NCBI GenBank assembly: GCA_963714795.1
Contig: CAVQPS010000009.1
Span: 710,970-774,969 of the forward strand
Reading direction: 5' to 3'
DNA from: an uncultured Ignavibacteriales bacterium
GTDB lineage: Bacteria > Bacteroidota > Ignavibacteria > UBA10030 > SZUA-254
DNA: 64,000 nt
Shown here: positions 50,983 through 60,236 of the stretch, piece after piece
Position numbering within the stretch: position 1 is the stretch's first letter
Layout: the number at the start of each line of letters is the position of its first letter
Notes under the pieces: model-generated
The model's input: the letters and a program-made list of their open reading frames with translations, nothing else
Database searches by the model: none
Told to the model about the DNA's origin: nothing
Program-made: the position numbers and the translations under genes

Positions 50983-52467
50983 CTACTTGATGAGTCCCAT
51001 TTCGGCTGATTTTATCACTACCTTGGGTTCCATGATTCTCAAGGCATAATCATTACCTTCATGTATAATTGGAACTAAATTTGCAGTCGGGTGATTGAAT
51101 AAAACAGTATGTGTGTTTATTGAAGACGCTAATCTTATATCATCCTCTTTGAGATGAAGTAAGCTGACAGCTAATCTTGGATGAGCGGTTGCATATTTAT
51201 TAACGTGTTCAATTGCTTCAGCTACGGTGCCACAATATCGGACTGCCAAAACATATGCAGATACTTCCACACCAAAAAATTCAGGAAGATGCTCCTGGCT
51301 CTGAATAATTACTGGTTCGGCCTGATGTGGATGGATCCGTCTTCCTCCATAAAAAGTTTTGATATTGTTTGCCTTGATCTTTTCAAAGATATAATTGAGA
51401 TTATCTGGATGTACAAATCCTATTTTTGTATCAGGGTCTAATGGGTCACCAACTTTTAACTGTAATAGATAATCTGCAGCATCTTTAGCCCAATTAGTAC
51501 TTTCAATAGCCATGACAGATTTTGTTGCTGTACACCCAATAGCATATCCTGTTGATTTATATAATAATTCCCCAATATTGTTGTCGAATTGTCCCTGTGT
51601 TATGGAAGCACAATTTCCTGATCCATGTCGCAATACGTTCTTGCCAACAAAATGATCTTTAATTTCGTATTGCATTACTAAAGCAGATTTTAAGCGGTTC
51701 GGATCTGATAAAATAGTAGGCAAATCATTTGGATCTATTGATATTATACCACGTTTTCCTTTTTGCTCATATCTAAGCGTATTATCCACAGTATCATCTG
51801 ATCCAAAAGTCCACACAAGAGAACTAGCATCCACTAATTTAAAATGTTTTCTTCCAGCATCTGCATCCGATGTATTAAAATACACTAGATTGCAGAAATT
51901 CGGATCAAAGCCACCTTCAATCAATGCACGAATTACATCTGTTGCCATAGCATCTTCTTTTGATGCCTTAATTATAAAGGGCACTCCGAAATAGCATAGG
52001 TTCGTTGCAACAAATGCTACTGCTCTAGGATCATTACCTGGTGTCACTGCATAGCAGAATCCTTCCAGGGGAGAAAAGGTTTTATAAATTCCCGAACCAA
52101 TGTGCTCTGAACATATTTGGTAGTCGGTGGTTTTCGGGAATCTTTGGTTGTATAGACTTGGTATACTAGTAAATAAATTAGGGATGTCTTGTGCATAATC
52201 ATTTAGAATAGATACTGGCATTCCCGTCATCTTGACGGTATGCTCTATATCATCTTGTGTGCATTTGAATAGTTTAGCAGTCTTATGCAGTGCATCAATC
52301 CTATTGGCCAGAGTTAATATGGCCGCCTTTTTAGTGTTGCCGATAGCCCGGGAGATTTCCATGTCCTTCGTATTTGCAACTTCATATTCATATTTGTAAA
52401 AGATGGACTTTACTTTAAAAACATCTGTTGCAATATTGCTCCCTCCGATTATCGATGTTAATCTCAT
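50983..52467 (-). CDS. Aldehyde-dehydrogenase-superfamily protein, LuxC-like acyl-CoA/acyl-protein reductase (tentative)
   Basis: 494 aa from ATG 52467. Blocks resembling LuxC family motifs (recalled from memory) are AVTPGNDP..VPFIIKASKED, LVWTFGSDDTV, HGSGNCASITQ (candidate catalytic Cys) and IIHEGNDYALRI. It is intact and starts 2 nt after the upstream stop codon. Confidence 0.65.
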   Translation of the reverse strand: MRLTSIIGGSNIATDVFKVKSIFYKYEYEVANTKDMEISRAIGNTKKAAILTLANRIDALHKTAKLFKCTQDDIEHTVKMTGMPVSILNDYAQDIPNLFTSIPSLYNQRFPKTTDYQICSEHIGSGIYKTFSPLEGFCYAVTPGNDPRAVAFVATNLCYFGVPFIIKASKEDAMATDVIRALIEGGFDPNFCNLVYFNTSDADAGRKHFKLVDASSLVWTFGSDDTVDNTLRYEQKGKRGIISIDPNDLPTILSDPNRLKSALVMQYEIKDHFVGKNVLRHGSGNCASITQGQFDNNIGELLYKSTGYAIGCTATKSVMAIESTNWAKDAADYLLQLKVGDPLDPDTKIGFVHPDNLNYIFEKIKANNIKTFYGGRRIHPHQAEPVIIQSQEHLPEFFGVEVSAYVLAVRYCGTVAEAIEHVNKYATAHPRLAVSLLHLKEDDIRLASSINTHTVLFNHPTANLVPIIHEGNDYALRIMEPKVVIKSAEMGLIK

Positions 52468-52469
52468 AA

Positions 52470-53618
52470 TCAACCCTGCGCACATCCATTAAAGAGAAGT
52501 GCATTTTGCTCTGATGCATTTGCTCTATGAACATTCGTGATTACTGGACTAAAAAGTCCACAAGAGCATTCGCCCTCTTTGAGAGCAAGTGTAGCAACAT
52601 CGCCTGGCCAATATCTCATCCATATTGTACCATCACGAGCAAAAGAAGTATAGATTAAATATCCCTCTTCACCTTTATCTACGGGTTTCCACGAATCTTT
52701 ATCTTTTTTCACGACTTCGATATAATGTGGTCCGTTTAGCAAGTGAAGATTATTATGATGGCACTGAGCTTGGGACGTTAATGCAGGATTAGTGCTGCAT
52801 GCTTGTGGAATTGCCTCTGAAGAGCCAAGACATGTTGCAATGGGAATGTCACCTAAATAATTCCTTGCTAGATCTAGAGCATATGGTACAATTTCAAAAC
52901 CTCCTAAGAAAACAAATTCTATCTGTCTCTGTCCATCCTTATCGGGTACCAAGATGCCTTCATGTTGAGGATTTTCAAGTGACTTTTCAACAAGATCGTG
53001 AAGATTAATGCCTGCTGATTTTGCTTGCTTGTCCATATTTTCTATTGGTTGCTGTACCGTAAAAAGTACGTTTGCTTTATAATCTCGAATATTTTCTAAA
53101 ATCTTATCCGGTCCTTCTTCCGGCCTTCTTAATAGAACATTAACACCTAACGCAACAAGGCTTTCCTGAATCCACTGACCACCTTTATGTGTTAGATTGT
53201 AAGTAGATATCGCCGTATCTCCCGCAGCAATGCCGTGATATTTGATACTTCTTCCAAAAGCTTCAACCTCACGCTCTCTATCATGGACAGTTATAAATGT
53301 TGGAGTATATTTACCCAGTGTTCCTCCACTACCAAATGTGACTACAGGAGAATTTATATCGTTCGGTTTTAGCAACCGAGGATTTGCATTTACGGTTTCT
53401 CTGAATCCTCTCAGTCCGTTTTCCTTGTTAGTGTCTTTGACACAAAGAGGAACTCTGTACCAATCTTCCTGAGTTCTTATGCTATGCGGATGAATGTCTG
53501 CCAATGTCTCAGCATACATGCCGGGCATCTCTGATTTACACCTTCCGAGTTGTTCCTTGAGAAAAGGTAAAATCATGGTGAATAATCTGTCTTGATCGAC
53601 ATTATCCCATCCATGCAT
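52470..53618 (-). CDS. PaaK/CapK/LuxE-like adenylate-forming enzyme lacking the PaaK C-terminal lid domain (LuxE-like acyl-protein synthetase, tentative)
   Basis: 382 aa. By eye it is collinear with the PaaK N-domain (VVTFGSGGTLGKYTPTF, KANVLFTVQQP, MRYWPGDV, ECSCG). It ends ..LLFNGCAQG with a Cys near the C-terminus, as in LuxE. A further ~35 upstream codons are open but have no start codon in frame. Confidence 0.65.
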   Translation of the reverse strand: MHGWDNVDQDRLFTMILPFLKEQLGRCKSEMPGMYAETLADIHPHSIRTQEDWYRVPLCVKDTNKENGLRGFRETVNANPRLLKPNDINSPVVTFGSGGTLGKYTPTFITVHDREREVEAFGRSIKYHGIAAGDTAISTYNLTHKGGQWIQESLVALGVNVLLRRPEEGPDKILENIRDYKANVLFTVQQPIENMDKQAKSAGINLHDLVEKSLENPQHEGILVPDKDGQRQIEFVFLGGFEIVPYALDLARNYLGDIPIATCLGSSEAIPQACSTNPALTSQAQCHHNNLHLLNGPHYIEVVKKDKDSWKPVDKGEEGYLIYTSFARDGTIWMRYWPGDVATLALKEGECSCGLFSPVITNVHRANASEQNALLFNGCAQG

Positions 53619-54021
53619 AGAAAAACATGATGGTTCTATTTCTCGATAACTTTTTATTTCACCATTGATAATCCTTCTTTCTAATTCCAGAAACGGATTT
53701 TCGACACCTGTTAATTCTTTCCAACTTAATGAAGTTTCTCATACTTATTCACATTTATTTCTTAATTAATAATCGGATTTGCTAGTGGCAAGGAATTAAT
53801 GATACGGAATGACTAATTTATTTTTTGTTCAACTTTAGGCTGTCCATTCTCATCGATTTGGCTGCTTTAAAAAACTGCCAAATAACTGCGGAGGAGACAA
53901 AATATTTTTTTAATATTGAAAACCGAAGACATAATAAGAGGAATAATGTCTTACTTATATTAATAGCAGTTATTGCAAACTGCTGAAAAATTGTAAAGAA
54001 ATCTTTGATTGTTTAAAAATT

Positions 54022-54087
54022 AAGTAGACGTGGGTAAAGACCGCGGGGTTCGATGTGAAACCCGCAGCGACAGAAACGAAACGATAA
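54022..54087 (+). pseudogene. Remnant of the last 22 codons of a GT2 glycosyltransferase gene (diverged copy of 43543-43608)
   Basis: It reads K*TWVKTAGFDVKPAATETKR*, against KRTWVKTVRFDVKPAATETKH* in the live gene. By hand count 52 of 66 nt are identical. The same terminator element follows it. Confidence 0.8.
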
Positions 54088-54112
54088 AAATAAAAAGTAT
54101 AAAGTATAAAAT

Positions 54113-54144
54113 AAAAAAAACCCGGCCATTTCTAGCCGGGGTTT
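54113..54144. terminator. Bidirectional terminator element, copy 3
   Basis: AAAAAAAACCCGGCCATTTCTAGCCGGGGTTT, followed by the same second hairpin (GGGAGGGTGA-N8-TCACCCTCCC) as copy 1. Confidence 0.75.
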
Positions 54145-54411
54145 CGCCCTTCCACTACAGAAACATATTTTTTCTTTACTATAATACTAAATTTTGGGAG
54201 GGTGACTTATGCTTCACCCTCCCGCATGCCTCAGCCGTCTAATCCACAACAGAAGCAGACCTTTCTTATATTCCTAGCAGTCATGCTCTAACTGATGAAA
54301 AAATAATTAAAATTTTTTTTATGACAGAAGAATAGGGGGATAATGGATGACGTGAGGTTATCACCTTCCGAGCAAAACAGTAAAGAAAAGCGAAATATAA
54401 GGGATTCGGTA

Positions 54412-55836
54412 TTATGGACCGAAAGGTGTTTGTACCATTGTTACTTGTTTTCTCCATTCCTTCCCATCCCAGTATCGAACTCCATCTTTGAGCGCATCAA
54501 GATAGGATTGATCGAGTTTGCCGGTGAGTTTTCCTTCATTCACAAGGAGATCGTGTAATCGGTCTATGTCGTTATTTGATTTGACACGAAGAATTTTCAT
54601 ACTATCAAGTGAAAAGAAGTAATCAAAACCGAAAAAAGCCCGGAACTGTCCCGAAAACCTGCCGAGAAAGATACCATATTAGAATCTTCTCTTTCCATCC
54701 TAACTACAACATTAGTTTTATGAAGGAGCTTGCTTATATCCGATTCCGGAATTTTGATATAATACAATTCAGCATCGGACGTCGGCATTTGAAATCCCGG
54801 TGTGGCAGAGGATTTCTTTTGTCCGATAATTTTTTCCGGGTCTAAAATTGCAACAGCTCCGAATTCACCCCGGTTCGTGTCGTCTATATCATTTATACCG
54901 CAAGCAATGATTGCTTTCTTTTTTTCCGAGCCCAATACGAACTTCATAAATGAAATCCAATTGTCCAAAGTGCCAATATTCCCCAACAATTTTATTGTTT
55001 TTGTCTATCCTTGCAAGAAAGAATGGCGAACGGCCTATGTTGCTAACAGATACCAAGATTTCTTTTCCACTCTTGCCTCCGAAGTCATCCACAATGATAT
55101 CGCTAGGATTAAAATAGGGTGAATACTGACGGTCAAGGTAATGGACCGGTTCCTCAAAATTTCCTCTCCCATCGAAGGTTTTTATTATAATCAAAAACTC
55201 TGAGTGAAGAAAACAATTTTTCCCCTTTTGAAAGAATCGGAAGAGTGGTAATGAGTTCATTTTTTCCATTCCCATCAAGATCCGCAATTATTGCTCTCTC
55301 ATTACGAGATCCAATTGCACGGTATTTGATTATCTTTCAAATTAATTGATGGAAGCTGCCAGAGTTTCTCATCATGTTTGTTGTATACTTCAATAAAATC
55401 AGTTGTAATATTATCCTTCTCATAGCTGGGATTATCGTCCTTTGTCGATATCCTCGACGTAAAGATTAATGCTGCCGCCAATCCCGCCACCATTGCAAAA
55501 CTTCCAACACCGGTGACAACGGGATGATTTCGGACAAAATATCGAAACTTTTCAATAGGTCTTGTCGGACGGTACGGAATCGGAGGAAGATCGGTACTGA
55601 AATATGGTTCTATCCCGCGTCGGGAACGAAGAATTGCAGTTTCCGCCGAAGGAAGCTCATCCGGCTTTTCCTCTAAATCTTTTTCCAGACCGGCATAAAA
55701 TTCCGTCAGTTCGTCAACAATCGCTTTGCAACCGTAGCATTCTGCCAGATGCTCTTCGATTTGGCGTTCTTTTTGATTCCACTTCCTCAGCGTGCAGAAC
55801 GTAGAGATCTAATGTATGTTCGTCGATATGTGTCAT
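54412..55836 (-). pseudogene. Disrupted zf-HC2 anti-sigma-like membrane protein B (paralogue of A)
   Basis: From ATG 55836 it reads MTHIDEHTLDLYVLHAEEVESK, then shifts at the A5 run (55770-55774) into ..ERQIEEHLAECYGCKAIVDEL..PPIPYRPTRP..VVTGVGSFAMVAGLAAALIF... Further shifts occur near 55300, near 54950 and at the run 54632-54637. It has ADLDGNGKNEL and LDPEKIIGQKKSSATPGF blocks. The C-terminal piece is ORF 54412..54600. Confidence 0.7.
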
Positions 55837-55911
55837 CGTTTTTATATTAGTGACAAGTCAATGCTCTTGCTTAAATAATCCGTTTACCGAGTGACATCCG
55901 TCAAAACCGAG

Positions 55912-56941
55912 TTACATATTCCGTTTTAATTCTTTCACTGTTCTATCGTATGTAAGCCGGGCAAGATATTCTAATTTTGATTTATGGCATCCATAATATT
56001 CATCTTTTGTCAAGGTCGGGAAGTGTTGTCCGTAGCCGGTCAAAAAATGAAAAGTCTTCGCCGTCTTTATCAATGATTCTTTGTTGAAGATTGAGACGGA
56101 TAACATCAAAATATTTTTCAAAAATCTCTACCGATACTTTGTTTTTTCCAACATATTTTGGCCAATTCTCATCCTGCACACATTGACAGGCAAGATCGAT
56201 TATTTTTTTGACGTCGGTGACAAAGAAATTATCTTCAGGAACTGTGTGCACGGCAGATTCCTCCGGCGAATCGTAGAGCGAACGAAATACCTGTACAACA
56301 AGAGTGATTGGAAGAATCCGGGAATTCGAAACCTGTTCCCGCATCACCACGGAAAGGCGTGCAAGAAGCGTCGGGACATTTTCGCTCCCGTTCGCTATCA
56401 CCCGCAAACTTACCTCAAGTTCATTTTGCTCCATCGGCGGGAGATGCTCAAACGAATCGCAGCCGGTGGGAACGATGCACTGCTCTCCCAACCGTTCGAC
56501 AATGGTGAAGCTCTGAATTGATTGAACGGCAAGTTTCAGGTTGCGAAGAATTTTTCCGAATGTCGGATCCGCTTCATGGTACATCCGAAGGATGCTTTGA
56601 TTAACCCGTGCAAAGATGAGGCGTCGGAGATATGCCAGCACTTCCTCATTGGAAAGTTTTTCAAATGAAAGTCCGTCGAAGTATACTTTCAGTTGAATAA
56701 AAGTACCGTTATCGTCACGCTGGAAAAGATCGGCAATCGAATCGAGTGCGAGATCTTCGAGAGGAATAGTCGAGAAATCAAGATAAAGTCGGCCGGTGCA
56801 AACTTTCTTTCGCAGGAATCCGAATGCAATACTTCTGGAAAGAAAAATAAATTCCTTCAACGAATCCGCGGTCGGATGATCGCCAATGATTTGAGCTATT
56901 ATCGATTTTACTTCCATGGAAACGATATTCTGACCCTTCAA
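55912..56941 (-). pseudogene. Disrupted sigma-70-like protein B (paralogue of A)
   Basis: ORFs 56000..56941 and 55912..56121 overlap in different frames. It has LEDLALDSIADLFQR and VLAYLRRLIFARVNQSILRMY. The C-terminal piece ..LTKDEYYGCHKSKLEYLARLTYDRTVKELKRNM aligns with the end of protein A. Confidence 0.5.
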
Positions 56942-57051
56942 CCTCCATCAAGTAAGGTGAATGAATGTACTGAATATGGGAGATATTCTCAAGCCCCAGG
57001 CGTATTATTCCGTTAATAAACGGGAAGATTAGAAATGATATATTATCCAAG

Positions 57052-60000
57052 TTGTTCATGGGGGATTTTGAGAATTTCCCGTATCTCTCTATATTGAGCA
57101 GTTCGGACAAACCAAGGCAATCTACTCTAGGTATATTTCAGCACATGCAAGAAACTCTTACTCCTGATTCAGCGTTAACACTTCCCGATTTTACGCTCGT
57201 GTCCGCATCGGCGGGAAGCGGAAAGACGACCGCGCTCACGCGAAGGTTCATACAGCTTCTTTTGTCCGATCGCATTCCGCACAACGATCTCCGGAATATT
57301 CTTGCCATTACGTTTACCAACAACGCCGCTGCCGAAATGAAACAGCGCATCCTCGGCGATCTCAAGAAAGCGTATTTCGGTGATGAGGAAATTCTTTCAC
57401 AGTTCAAAAACATTGTTTCGCTGGATGAAGAAACAATCAGGAAGCGGGCGGGCGCTCTTGTCGATACTATCCTGGATCAGTATTCCGATTTTCAGGTGCA
57501 AACCATCGATAGTTTTTTGTCGAGGGTACTGACCGTTTCCACGCTGGAGTTCGGTCTTCCGCCCGGTTTCGAAATTGTCTTGAACGGCAATCAGCTTCTT
57601 GATGAAGCGTTCGATCATCTGATGATGAAACTTGTTTCCGATCCGCCACAACGACATCTTCTCGAAGAATTGCTCGAGACTTCTTTCCGAAACCTGGAGC
57701 GATAAAGAAAAATTTTTATGGAATCCATATCATAATCTGCTCACCGAAATAAAAAACTTATATGCTCAGACTCGGCGGTCATGCCGGAATCATTGGCAGA
57801 TCGGCACCAAAATCCGGTAATCTTGATGCTATGCGTAAAGAAATTCTCGATGCGGTCTGTGCGATCGGTGATCTGGCGGAGCAATCCGGTTGTATTGTCG
57901 GGAAAAATTATCAAAAAATTATCGAAGCAGCGCGGGCGGGAGACATCAATTCGTTGCTTGATAAAAAACTCGATCAGCATGTACTGAACAAATCCAACGG
58001 TCCCGCGTACGAACAAACCGTCAAACAAATCGAACTTCTTCAAGACGAGTTGATGAAGAACGTTACACGATACTATGAAGCAAGAGCGCACATTCATTAC
58101 AGGCCGTATGTTGCCGCGTACCTATTGTTGTTGGATTTTTTGGAAATAGTTGAACAAAAAAGCGGCAAGCTTTCGCTGACCGATGCCATCAAGAAGCTGG
58201 CAACATCGCTGACGAGCGATGCAGTTCCGGAAATTTATTTCTCGCTCGGTGAACGGATTCATCATTTTCTTATCGATGAATTTCAGGATACATCGCCGAT
58301 TCAGTGGGCAACGCTTCGTCCGCTCATTGAAAATTCTCTGGCACAGCAGGGAAGTCTGTTTATCGTCGGTGATACGAAGCAATCGATCTACACATTCCGT
58401 GGCGGCGATTGGCAGATCATGAAACGGATGATGACGGAAGAGGAATTTCCGTCCGTTGCCCGCGAAATGAAAGAACTGACGACTAACTATCGAAGCGACG
58501 AAGCTATTGTCGCGTTCACCAAAAAAGTATTTCATGAAATTGTTCCGCAAAGAATTCCGTTGGCGATTGCGGAAAAAAGCGGGCTCACTTCATTTCAGCA
58601 GGAAGTGAAGCGGTCGGCTCAAGGAAAAGGATTCGTGGAAGTATACCCGGTCAGCGGTGACAAGGAAAATCCGTCTCCGGAAAAACAAAAACTGCTCGGC
58701 ATTCTTGCCGACTGCCGTAGGCGCGGCTACCGGTTTCGTGATATTGCCGTCCTCACGCCGAAGAATTCCGATGTCGTTGAAGTAAGCAGATGGCTGAATG
58801 AATCGGACATTCAGTTCATTTCACACAGCAGCCTGGACGTCCGTACGCGCAAGATTACCGGAGAACTTCTCGCATTACTGAAATTTCTCGATTCTCCGGT
58901 TGACGATCTCTCTTTTGCGACGTTTATTCTCGGGAATCTTTTTCATACTATTACGTCTGCCGAAGGCATTCATGACGATTTGAGTTCATCCATTCTCTCG
59001 CATCGGTCCGGCGACCATGACGATGAGCCTCTGTACACGCATTTCCGGTCGTTGTATCCTCATCTCTGGGAAAAATATTTTGAATCGCTGTTCAACCGTG
59101 TCGGCTATCTGCCATTGTACGATTTATTATCGGATGTTTATGGAACATTTTCTCTTTTCGATACATGTCCTGATGAAATGAGCTCTCTGGTGAAAATGCT
59201 GGAAGTTGTCAAGAATTTTGAACAAAGCGGCAGTAATAACCTGAAGGAATTTCTTGCGTATGCTGAAGAAGAAACGGATGAGGCGGATTGGAACATCGAC
59301 GTTTCCGCAGATACCGATGCCGTAACGGTGATGACGGTCCATAAAGCAAAAGGTTTGGGATTCCCGGTCTTGATCGTTTTGTTGTATGACGGAAAATCCC
59401 GGGCTGACAATCTTTTCCTGCATGAAGATGCGGATGGCATTCATCTCGTACGGATTATAAAAAAGTGGGCGGAACAATCGGCTGAGCTTTCGGCGATCTA
59501 CCGGGAAAAAAATATTCTCCGGCAGGTAGATGATCTCAATAAGCTGTACGTTGCGTTGACGCGGGCGCGCGAAGAAATGTATGTCCTCAGCGTGACAACG
59601 GACAAATTCGATATGCCATCGTCGTTATTGCCGCGTGATTTTTCTGCAGGAAAACATTCTCCCCCAAAAAAGTATCAACAAACAAACGAACAAACAACCG
59701 ATTTGGCTTTTATCGGCGGCTCTGTTTCCCCGGCATCCACGCGGAACGAAACGATCAATATCGCAGAAACGCAGCGCGGCGATTTTTTTCATGCCGTTCT
59801 TCAGCAAATTATCTTTCTCGGCGACGATCCTATTTCTCAAATAACCCGTGCGATTGAAGACTCGCGGCAGGTTGTTAGTGTTGACGGTGAAAATATTTCC
59901 CGCATCCTTCAAAAATTTTTGGGACAACCCGAAATTAAAAAATATTTTACCCGAATGAATGATCGAATTGTCCGGAATGAACAGGAAATCGGTTCTTCGA

Positions 60001-60203
60001 ATGGAAGATTGTATCGTATCGATCGCCTGGTGATCGATCCTGATCTCGTTACCGTCATCGATTACAAAACCGGAAGCGAACGGATCGAATACGTCTCACA
60101 GGTTAAAGAGTATATCGATCTGCTGAAAGATGTCTATCCTCAAAAAAGGATTCAGGGCATTCTTGCTTACATCGATCTGAACGTCGTGCGGAGCGTTAAA
60201 TGA
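57052..60203 (+). pseudogene. AddA/UvrD-type helicase-nuclease; reading frame broken twice between ~57690 and ~57775
   Basis: It has Walker A SASAGSGKTT (57052..57705 frame), a middle piece in the 57632..57820 frame, then 57762..60203 with FLIDEFQDTSPIQW, VGDTKQSIYTFRGG, TVHKAKGLGFPV and the PD-(D/E)XK block RIDRLVIDPDLVTVIDYKTG. The real start is probably ATG 57145. Confidence 0.8.
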
Positions 60204-60236
60204 ACGAAGACGATCATTATTCCTTCCGGATCGAAT

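Noticed and set aside
53619-54021. A small peptide or RiPP-precursor ORF in the 400-bp AT-rich region upstream of the LuxE-like gene.
   Set aside because: There are only 5-11-codon ORFs without convincing ribosome-binding sites. It is most likely a promoter region.
54030-54242. A 70-aa ORF in the ORF track.
   Set aside because: It runs through the GT2 3'-end remnant in the wrong frame and across the terminator hairpins. It is better explained as repeat/remnant DNA.
43867-57820. An alternative genetic code or stop-codon recoding as the explanation for the fragmented genes.
   Set aside because: Adjacent fragments are almost always in different frames, so the breaks are indels rather than in-frame stops. 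Neighbouring intact genes use all three stop codons normally. Only one break (48116-48118) is an in-frame stop.
60201-60236. AddA-like and AddB-like ORFs are in the same frame, separated by a single TGA with open sequence (TKTIIIPSGSN) before the TTG start. This raised the possibility of a read-through fusion.
   Set aside because: Sharing a frame has a one-in-three chance. AddA and AddB are separate subunits in characterised systems. I see no recoding signal, so an upstream non-canonical start is the simpler reading.
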